Assembly (NCBI GenBank): GCA_963848135.1
Contig: CAWKCK010000017.1
Span: 962,538-1,026,537 of the forward strand
Origin: an uncultured delta proteobacterium
Lineage (GTDB): Bacteria; Desulfobacterota; Desulfobacteria; Desulfobacterales; SG8-13
Length of the DNA stretch: 64,000 bases
Direction: 5' to 3'
How positions within the stretch are numbered: the stretch's first letter is position 1; each line of letters opens with the position of its first letter. The notes below the pieces were generated by a model. It was given only the letters and a program-made list of their open reading frames with translations, was not told the DNA's origin and did no database searches. Shown here piece after piece: positions 38,888 through 46,891 of the stretch. The position numbers and the translations under genes were made by a program.

Positions 38888-40546
38888 CTAATCACTATTT
38901 TCCAAACCACCCTGCAGCTGTCGCCGGCATGCGATTGCAAAATCTTCCGGATAGTGCCCGCAGATCCAGCGCATCTGGGCTTCGCTGAAGGCCCCGGGCG
39001 ACTCGGGGAGGCGCGGTAGAAACGCGTAAAGAAGCCGTTGATCGCTATCTTCCTCGTCAAATCGCTTGGCATACTCGATGACGGTAACCATCCTGGCACC
39101 CAGGGATGACAGAATTTTCATGGCGATCAACATGGCTCGATCCAGGGCCGCACGCGTGAACCTGTCGGCTTCTATGATGTTACCGACAGCGTCTTTTACC
39201 ACCAACTGGAGCTCCCACTGGGAAGTCTGGGCCTTGGGTACGAAAAGCATGACCTGGTCATCTTCGGAGACGATCAGGCTGTTTTCCAAATCCCGGCGCC
39301 CATCCAGGCGCTGATTGCTGCGAATCGCCGTCAAGTAGGCGTCGAAAAACGGCCGGCCCGCATTGAGCCGGTATTGCGCAGTAAATTCTTGAATCATATC
39401 GCCGCAGCAGAAAGTGTTCAGTGTTCCCTCGTTGGATTCGCCGGTGGTGCCGGATGTCATTTTCCGCGGTACCAAGGCATACTGCTGGTGCGCTTGCTGG
39501 TGAGACGCATGCAGGCGGTAGCCGCTGGGAGAATAGTCAAACCCGAAGTTCCAGCCCCAAAGGGTGCCGTTGAACCGGAGCTGTGATGCTCTGCCCGGGG
39601 TATCGAGTGCCTTTCGGATCTTTCGGCGCAATTCTTCCAGTTTCTCTGGATTCACAAACGTGCGGGCCGGCGGGGGATGCATCCCCAGTTCGTGGGCCAC
39701 GCGTACGTAGGTCCGCTGGTAATACAAGTGGCGCATCCCGGCGATATCGGTTGCGCTCAGATCGTCCAGCCGATAGCGAATGGCATCATCGGCCATATTG
39801 GCGGCAAAGTGTCCCCATGGGATATAACTGTTGCGACGCAGATACTCGAACACATGGCTGCCGCCGAAGGCCTGATCCTGAGAATCACCGACAATCTCAC
39901 TGCCGCCCTGAGCACCGGGACGCAGCACCATCACGCTCTTGTAGTCATCTGGCAAAAGGGCATTGTTGGCCAAAGCCTCAAACAAGGGCATGTTTGTGAT
40001 GATCGCCCGGGGATGACCATTATCATCGATTCTATATTCCAATCCGACCGGCCGGCCGGATTTTGGATCACGAACAAAATCACAGCACTGTTCTGCCAAG
40101 CATCTGAGGTCCTCAGGGTCGGTGGACGTCGTGGCCAGCGCCAATTTCAGAGCATCTGGGAGCGAGCATAGCATCCGGGTAAACCGGTTTTCCGGCAATG
40201 CAATCCCGCCACACCATTCTTTGATAAATTCAGAGAAAGAACACGCCTGCAGGCTGGGTAGCTTGATAACCGTTGGGTCAGCGGCTTTGACCTCTGCCCA
40301 TCTTTTGAGGATATAGGTCACCCCGCGGAAGGCAAACGGATTGGGGATTTCATAGATGACCTCCGTCTCTCGTTCCTCGATATCACCGGGTGGGAAATTG
40401 ATATGATTGTCTACCGGACGGGATTCCCTATCAGCACCGAGCGATTGTATATGTTCACCGGACCTTAGATTCCTGACAGAATAGGATGGTTTGTGAATTC
40501 CATATACAAACCGGCCGGATGGTGCGACGCAACTCCTCGGTATCAT
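38888..40546 (-). CDS. Conserved hypothetical protein with GalT/HIT-like C-terminal half
   Basis: WNFG...HASHQQAHQQ, MLFVPKAQ...WELQL and FLPRL...PEDFA parallel GalT-family motifs. Confidence 0.6.
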   Translation of the reverse strand: MIPRSCVAPSGRFVYGIHKPSYSVRNLRSGEHIQSLGADRESRPVDNHINFPPGDIEERETEVIYEIPNPFAFRGVTYILKRWAEVKAADPTVIKLPSLQACSFSEFIKEWCGGIALPENRFTRMLCSLPDALKLALATTSTDPEDLRCLAEQCCDFVRDPKSGRPVGLEYRIDDNGHPRAIITNMPLFEALANNALLPDDYKSVMVLRPGAQGGSEIVGDSQDQAFGGSHVFEYLRRNSYIPWGHFAANMADDAIRYRLDDLSATDIAGMRHLYYQRTYVRVAHELGMHPPPARTFVNPEKLEELRRKIRKALDTPGRASQLRFNGTLWGWNFGFDYSPSGYRLHASHQQAHQQYALVPRKMTSGTTGESNEGTLNTFCCGDMIQEFTAQYRLNAGRPFFDAYLTAIRSNQRLDGRRDLENSLIVSEDDQVMLFVPKAQTSQWELQLVVKDAVGNIIEADRFTRAALDRAMLIAMKILSSLGARMVTVIEYAKRFDEEDSDQRLLYAFLPRLPESPGAFSEAQMRWICGHYPEDFAIACRRQLQGGLENSD

Positions 40547-40768
40547 ATCTTAATCTTCCTCCACCTTCTTCACTGATCAACCCCTGTTCGATTCGTCTCA
40601 TTATAGCCGAGCGCATGTCAATGGAATATTCAAAATCAACGCTCAAATTAGGTAAAACCTTCACAGGTGGTAAATCAATAGAAAAATTCGAGTGAATTTG
40701 AGAATGGGAGGAAAGTCCGAAGATATGTCTGAAAGGGGTGTTAATTCTGGGAAGAGTTCAGAAGCGGT

Positions 40769-40981
40769 TTAACCGTCCTCTTCGCTCATTTGTTCTTGAC
40801 CTTGATAGAGTTCCTGGTACGCGTCTCTTCTTTCCAGATCTTTACGGATACGCATCAACAGTGCTGTTCGACGATCCGTGCCGCTTCTGCGATACCGTTG
40901 CCAACGGCGCTCAGGAAATCGATAGGCAGACGAGCGCTTGCGCCTGTCCGCCAACCGGCGCCGGCCGCCATTGTCTGTCAT
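40769..40981 (-). CDS. Small Arg-rich [D/E]RR-repeat protein
   Basis: DNGGRR, DRR, PERR, YRRSGTDRR and ERR within 70 aa. Confidence 0.65.
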   Translation of the reverse strand: MTDNGGRRRLADRRKRSSAYRFPERRWQRYRRSGTDRRTALLMRIRKDLERRDAYQELYQGQEQMSEEDG

Positions 40982-41400
40982 GTCCGTTCGTCTCGCCACC
41001 CTTGTTGCGCCCCTCTATCGACATGCCATGGTAACCAGTGCATGCCCGTTGTCACTGCCTTATCGTGATGCTGCACGTTCAGCCTTGAAAAGTATGGTTC
41101 CCAATTGTTTCTGCGGCGTCCACGATCTGAAATCGAAATCCGTTTTGTAACCAAGCGTCAAGTTATGGGTAGTATAACATTAAACGGTGGTTAAGACCAG
41201 CACAGGATTATAATTCCTGGCTTATTTTATGCAAAAAACATGCAATCACCCGTAATTATATTAATATAATAATTACAGCATAGTAAGATTGTATAGGTGT
41301 TTAAACAGACCTAAAATATGAAATTAATTACCCTATAAGTATGGTGTTTTCTTCTTTATCCCCCTCTCAATTGCCCGAAAATAGTCGTCACGACAGGATA

Positions 41401-41644
41401 ATACCTAAAATGAGCGTTTCAAATTTTAAATGGAGGGGGAACTGCTTTATTTATAAGGCATTCTATCATAGTTTGATTCTAAAATTTGAAACCCTTTGGG
41501 TTTGCCGATCTTTATCCGCCTCTGGAGGGTTGCCGCATCAATAGTGTCATATGCCGTCCCACATAGCTGATCCCGCCAGCGGCGGGACTGTACGACATCT
41601 TCCTTGTAGCTGCGGCAAATTCGACAATCGCTTAAATTAGGTAA
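41401..41644. mobile_element. MITE family B, copy 2, carrying two extra mini-hairpins
   Basis: TIRs TACCTAAAATGAGCG...CGCTTAAATTAGGTA; colinear with 28914-29089. Confidence 0.75.
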
Positions 41645-41962
41645 TAGACAGGTTAACGGTACAATTTGACAAATATCTTTCCATTCTTAGTCTAGTGTCC
41701 ATCCTAAATAGCCTTTTTTACGCCGGATCCTGCCATAGGCGGGATTATCCGCAGGTTTCCGGCTGCGACTTACATACAGTACGCCTCACCGCAGATCCCG
41801 CCTTGGCGGGATGCGGCCCCCGTAAAACAACAACGGGATTTCGTGTCCATTTGAGGGCTTAATTGTACTCAACTTGCCGGCGGCATAAATTCTCAATCAT
41901 GGAAAATACTCTCATGGTAGCCACCTGCGACTCATGGAAGGGCACTCGCCTGATTTGTCGCC

Positions 41963-43684
41963 ATGGAAACCGGTAACGCCGACATTGCCGATTTGTTCAA
42001 GAAGACGGCCGATCTTCTCGAGATTGCCGGGAACAACCCTTTCCGGGTGCGTGCCTACCGTAATGCCGCCAGGCTTATCGAGTCTTTGGCCCGCACGGTC
42101 ACCGATATTCTGGCCGAAGACCCCGATTTGACAAGACTTTCCGGTATCGGAAAGGAACTCGATGAAAAGATCAAGGAAATTGTTCGGACCGGAAATCTGG
42201 CCAAGCTCGAAGAGCTTGAAGAACGCGTGCCGGCCGGTCTTCACCAGGTCCTTAAGATACCCGGCCTCGGGCCTCGCAAGGTAAAAACCCTATACGACAA
42301 TCTGGGAATTCGAAACATCGAAGATCTCAGGCAAGCGGCCCGGAAAGAACAGATACGGGCACTGGCAGGTTTTGGAATTAAGTCCGAGAAACGGATCCTA
42401 AGGGATCTCGATCGAGTGGACAGCCTCGAAAAGCGAATCTTATGGATCTCAGCCGAATATATCGCTCGCGTGCTGGTGGAATATCTGGGTCATGACCTTC
42501 CAGACGAGGACCTCGCTGTAACTGGCAGTTTCCGACGCCGGAAAGAAACCGTACGGGATCTCGATGTTCTGGTCGATGGCCAGAATGCGGAAACGATTAT
42601 GGATCGTTTCGTAAATTTCGATCAGGTCGATCATGTGCTCGCACGTGGTCATACGCGTGCTTCGATTCGGCTGCGTTCGGGTCTCCAAGTCGATCTGCGG
42701 GTCGTCGACCACGAATGTTTCGGTGCGGCAATGCATTATTTCACGGGATCTCAAGCCCATAACATCGCCATCCGGCGCCTCGGCCGACAGAATGGCTTGA
42801 AAATAAACGAGTATGGGGTTTTCGAGGGCAACCGACGGGTTGGCGGTCAAACGGAAGAAGAGATCTTTGCCAGGGTGGGACTACCCTACATCGAACCGGA
42901 ACTGCGCGAAGACTGCGGAGAAATTCAGGCCGGTCGCGAAAACCGCCTGCCCTCTCTGATTACCTTGAATGACATTCGCGGAGACCTTCACTGCCACACC
43001 GACGATAGCGATGGGCGCAACAGTCTGGAAGAAATGGTTCGTATGGCTGAACTTAAAGGGTATGCCTATATCGCCGTCACCAATCACACGGGCAGCCTGA
43101 AGATCGCCCGCGGCCTTCAGACAGCCGACGTTAAACGCCTAATCAATAGGATCGACCGCCTCAATCAGAAGTTAAGCCATTTGGTTGTATTGAAATCGAT
43201 GGAAGTCGATATCTTGAAAGATGGCGCTTTAGACCTGCCAAATGACATCCTGAAAGAACTCGACTTTACGGTCTGCTCGATCCATTCACATTTCGGTCTG
43301 TCACGCGCCCAGCAAACCGAACGCATTCTGCGGGCGATGGATAACCCTCATTTCAACATTTTGGGTCACCCGACCGGCCGATTGATCAACCGGCGGCCGG
43401 CCTATCGCGTGGATCTCGATCGCCTGATCGCAGCAGCGGCTGAAAGAGGCTGTTTCATGGAACTCAACGCCCACCCCGAGCGTCTCGATGTCGATGATGT
43501 TCACTGCCGGACAGCCAAAGATAAAAATGTCCGGGTCGCCATTTCAACCGATGCCCACAGTATCGGCGACCTCGACTTCATGCGCCTTGGTGTCGCCCAG
43601 GCCCGCCGCGGCTGGCTTGAACCGCAAGATGTTCTCAATACCCGCGGCCTGGACCGACTGATGAAACTGTTTCAGCGCTCCTAA
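41963..43684 (+). CDS. polX: DNA polymerase/3'-5' exonuclease PolX (PolX-PHP)
   Basis: NPFRVRAY, GSFRRRKETVRDLD, HYFTGS, DLHCHT, HPTGR, STDAH. Confidence 0.95.
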   Translation: METGNADIADLFKKTADLLEIAGNNPFRVRAYRNAARLIESLARTVTDILAEDPDLTRLSGIGKELDEKIKEIVRTGNLAKLEELEERVPAGLHQVLKIPGLGPRKVKTLYDNLGIRNIEDLRQAARKEQIRALAGFGIKSEKRILRDLDRVDSLEKRILWISAEYIARVLVEYLGHDLPDEDLAVTGSFRRRKETVRDLDVLVDGQNAETIMDRFVNFDQVDHVLARGHTRASIRLRSGLQVDLRVVDHECFGAAMHYFTGSQAHNIAIRRLGRQNGLKINEYGVFEGNRRVGGQTEEEIFARVGLPYIEPELREDCGEIQAGRENRLPSLITLNDIRGDLHCHTDDSDGRNSLEEMVRMAELKGYAYIAVTNHTGSLKIARGLQTADVKRLINRIDRLNQKLSHLVVLKSMEVDILKDGALDLPNDILKELDFTVCSIHSHFGLSRAQQTERILRAMDNPHFNILGHPTGRLINRRPAYRVDLDRLIAAAAERGCFMELNAHPERLDVDDVHCRTAKDKNVRVAISTDAHSIGDLDFMRLGVAQARRGWLEPQDVLNTRGLDRLMKLFQRS

Positions 43685-43754
43685 TATCCCGATACCGGTA
43701 AGACCGGCAATACCCGTTATTCCTCAAATGTAATTGTCCGATTTATATCATTGC

Positions 43755-43968
43755 TAACCCAAATTGAGCGATTTTCAAGTTTGCCGCAGGTACAAGGAAA
43801 ATGACGTTCCGGTATAGTGAACTATGCGGAACGTCATTTGACGTCGTAGATGCGGCGAAATTGGAAATCCCTTAGGGTTTTATATTTTCGAAATTCCGAT
43901 GGGTAGAATGCCTTTTTTTTATTGTTTATTTTCATATTTCGAAAATATGAAACGCTCACCTTGGGTCT
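43755..43968. mobile_element. MITE family B, copy 3 (inverted, diverged)
   Basis: TAACCCAAATTGAGCG...CGCTCACCTTGGGT; core GCCGCAGGTACAAGG...TGACGTCGTAGATGCGGC matches the reverse complement of 28990-29066. Confidence 0.7.
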
Positions 43969-44031
43969 AATTAAATTTCGGCCTTAAAAGAGTCTGCCTG
44001 AAGGGTCTGTCTTCCGCTTCAACCACCGCCG

Positions 44032-44060
44032 TTGACAGTTATTAGTTCGGTTTATATATT
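44032..44060 (+). promoter_or_regulatory. Near-consensus sigma70 promoter
   Basis: TTGACA-N17-TATATT. Confidence 0.6.
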
Positions 44061-44418
44061 TAGATACTGGTTGCAATCCGGTTTACCCTTCGCTTCCTGT
44101 TGAGGATTCGCCGCATCGATCTAAAAATGCCCCTCTCTTGCTTCAGCTGCTAAAACGCATTCAGCCACCTGTTTTGTTCTCAGTGTGAGCGCCCGATGAA
44201 AACCCCATTGCCCGGATACTCCGGATACGGTACCAGAGCTTCCAGATGCCACTTTCCGCTTCTTAGAAACCAGTTCCTATCGGAGTGAGACGGATGTGTT
44301 GAACCTCCGACGGCACCCGAAAGTCCGCTCGTACTCCCACCGGGCGGGTCTGAAGAAGATGTGTGTTTCCCGGTCGACATTACCGGATACTCTCAACCCC
44401 GTGTGAAAGGAGGACGAC

Positions 44419-44718
44419 ATGGCAGTCAAGGTTTTGATCAAACGTCGCTTTAAGGAGAAGTATTTCAATGAGATTAACGAAATGATCAAAAAACTGCGCT
44501 ACGGCGCCATGGACCAGGAGGGCTATATCTCCTCGGAGACTCTTTGGGACATCAAGGATCCATACCTCGTGGTGGTAGCGTCGAACTGGCGATCGATGAA
44601 GGAATGGAATATCTGGAAAAACAGCGATCTGAGACGAATGGAAGGTGACAACATCGAGAAGTACCTCGACGGTGAAAGCGAATACGAAATCTATGAAATG
44701 GGTTTATATCCCCATTAA
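44419..44718 (+). CDS. Antibiotic-biosynthesis-monooxygenase (ABM) domain protein
   Basis: VKVLIKRR, QEGYISSETL, W.S...W..W..S..R pattern; strong SD AGGAGG. Confidence 0.85.
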   Translation: MAVKVLIKRRFKEKYFNEINEMIKKLRYGAMDQEGYISSETLWDIKDPYLVVVASNWRSMKEWNIWKNSDLRRMEGDNIEKYLDGESEYEIYEMGLYPH

Positions 44719-44810
44719 CCCACCCCGTCCAGGCTCGGGCTGGACGCCGGAGACGGGGATCGCGCCCCCGGAAACGGGAGTCGGCCCGAGCCGAGAATCG
44801 AAAACGGGGT

Positions 44811-44873
44811 AACTCCTGAAATTTTAAAATTTTGGGTACCTCCCCGGCAAAGCGGGGTATTTAGCTGTGATTA
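44811..44873. repeat. IS200/IS605-like end remnant
   Basis: AACTCCTGAAATTTTAAAATTTTGGG...CCCCGGCAAAGCGGGG...GTGATTA aligns with 46826-46888. Confidence 0.55.
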
Positions 44874-44885
44874 CACTATTGAGCC

Positions 44886-45524
44886 TCATTTCTCTTTTTT
44901 AATATTTTCCAATTTGTCTAAGAGGGTCTGGATGTTTTTTTGCTTCTCTTTTTCTCTCAATTTTTTCTGGGATCCAGTATAATATTGGTGGTTTCTTATA
45001 ATATCGAGAGTCCCTTTGTACCATTTTTCGTCATCACTGACATCTACTCCCCTCGCCCGCCGTCCTTCCCTTAATTTTCCATCCAATATGAGAAAATCTT
45101 CTCTGCCCAAATGGTCGAGATCGGCATCACAAAGGATCTTTTCAACATGTGTTTCCGGTTCGCGCTCAAGATCGGTTACCAGTATCATATTTTGAATCTT
45201 TTCAATTTCGGATGGATTATAACCGATAAGTTTAAGTATTCTGCCGGCCATTCGGGCAGCAATCGGTTCATTCTTATCATATTCTCTAATGTAACCCGTG
45301 TCGTGAAAATAGGCCGCGGCAATTAACAATTCTCTATCATGTTCGGAGATATTCTCAGCGATTGCAATGCTGTTGGCAACAGCAACGACGCCTTTGGTCG
45401 GATGAAGTGTATGATCGGCATCATGATATTTGATGCCATCTGGCAACTCGTCTCTAAACAATTCCGTTATATATTGGTCTACGATTTTCAACCGTGGCGT
45501 ATGGGCCTTATATCTTCGTTCCAT
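44886..45524 (-). CDS. HD-domain metal-dependent phosphohydrolase
   Basis: YHDADHT, AAYFHDTG, EKILCDADLDHLG. Confidence 0.88.
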   Translation of the reverse strand: MERRYKAHTPRLKIVDQYITELFRDELPDGIKYHDADHTLHPTKGVVAVANSIAIAENISEHDRELLIAAAYFHDTGYIREYDKNEPIAARMAGRILKLIGYNPSEIEKIQNMILVTDLEREPETHVEKILCDADLDHLGREDFLILDGKLREGRRARGVDVSDDEKWYKGTLDIIRNHQYYTGSQKKLREKEKQKNIQTLLDKLENIKKEK

Positions 45525-45574
45525 ATCATGACCTGCTAACTCAATTTAAATGTTATGACTAACCAATGTTATGA

Positions 45575-45841
45575 CTAACCCGGACATTTCACGTCCCTGA
45601 GGGATTCAAAGGCAAGGCAATCAAGGGTGCCGCCGTAGTCAACCTACTGCAAGTCCTCGATAGCGCAGCCAATGGATGCCTCAGGGAGAGCGCCCAAGGG
45701 GTGAAAACTTTTCGGCTTTTCTCTAAATTTCATAAGTTGCAAATTGTACTCTGACCAAAATACGTCCATTTCATGTCAGGTATCTAAAATTAGATTAATT
45801 TATTCCTAGTGGCGAAAAGATTTCATGAAATATTCCGGCTA
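45575..45841. mobile_element. MITE family A, copy 2 (267 bp)
   Basis: CTAACCCGGACATTTCAC...ATGAAATATTCCGGCTA; colinear with 27515-27781. Confidence 0.75.
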
Positions 45842-46208
45842 ACTGTTGTTCGAAACGATAGCTGATATCGAGGCTACTTCTCAAAGATAAGGGGATCTAG
45901 AAGTGACGCAAGTCGTTTGGTCATGAATACCGGCAGCACGAAGGCGGCCCGGGTGACAATCTCGGACATTTTCACCCGCTGTGGGTCTAAATCCGCCAAT
46001 GGACAGCGACCCTGACTGGCAGATCCAAAAGCGTAAAGGGCACCGGGATAAGAAAGGGTCGTGTCTGATCTATGCCCGTCGAATTTCAATGGTTAAACCG
46101 TATCGCTTGCATTTTCCAAGTCGAATTAATTCGATGATGCTTAATAATTATCTAACCAATCCCTCATCCGATATTGATCATCAATCTTTAGAAAAAGGAT
46201 GCATTTAT

Positions 46209-46655
46209 ATGCAAAATTTAACCTCGCTTCTCATAGTTAGCCTTATCTGCTTCTGGTCTCCAAGTGCACCGGTTTACGCATTAGAGCGTCATCAATATGT
46301 CGAGAAGACAGGCGCCTCCAGATCCGTTTTTTCGTGAGAAGCGAACGCGTCACGTGAAACGATGATTCGCGTCAGGCAGAGCAATACTCTTTTCGTAAAT
46401 TACTGCGACCAATCCGGGGCCACTTTGAAATGGCATTACCAGAGTGCCAGTGCTGGCATCCGTGTCAATCGCCTGGGAAACAGACTCCATATGACCGGCA
46501 CAAACAAAGGGAAGAAAGTTAACCGATATCTTCAGGTGAACGATTCCCCCTGGTAACAACCATTAAGTTATTCCTTGCAGCATTTTCTGGCATCCGATCG
46601 ATCATCGGTGTTGTTTTGGATCGTTCGGTCGAGTAATCTCAAAGCGGTCTTTTAA
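46209..46655 (+). pseudogene. Pseudogene of an exported protein (two in-frame stops)
   Basis: One frame reads signal peptide...VFS*(46335-46337)EANAS...DSPW*(46554-46556)QPLSYSL...FWIVR. Confidence 0.55.
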
Positions 46656-46800
46656 AACCACTATTTCGGACAATCAACCGGTCATTGAATGTAATTTTTT
46701 GTAGGAATGAATTATCGACCTTGCCGCAATTAAACTCTTTTTTACTACGCTGGATCTGCTCCATCAACACTAGATATCTATCTGTTTTTATTTTTTCATA

Positions 46801-46891
46801 ATAATCATCGTCTCAGGTTTTGGTTAACTCCTGGAATTGTCAAACTTTGGGAGGCCCCCTAGTTAAGCTGGGGGTTTATCGATGATTATTA
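46801..46891. repeat. IS200/IS605-like end remnant
   Basis: ATAATCATCGTCT...CAAACTTTGGGAGGCCCCCTAGTTAAGCTGGGGGTTTATCGATGATTATTA is homologous to 53099-53186. Confidence 0.65.

Noticed and set aside
40708..40719. GAGGAAAGTCCG, an RNase P RNA signature
   Set aside because: No other RNase P elements (flanking helices, ACAGAA...CGGCTTA 3' motif) follow, and the downstream sequence is occupied by an ORF.
41230..41245. Minus-strand TTGCATGTTTTTTGCA as a sigma54 promoter
   Set aside because: It lacks the invariant GG at -24.
45978..46007. GGGTCTAAATCC hairpin resembling part of a c-di-GMP-I riboswitch
   Set aside because: The upstream GGCAAAC/GNRA hairpin and the GCAAA linker are absent.
45874..46089. 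71-aa minus-strand ORF beside MITE A
   Set aside because: No recognisable motif or SD; probably spurious or decayed.
46335..46337. In-frame TGA as a possible second Sec codon
   Set aside because: No Cys/redox context, and a TAA also interrupts the same frame; decay (for example TGG to TGA) is the simpler explanation.
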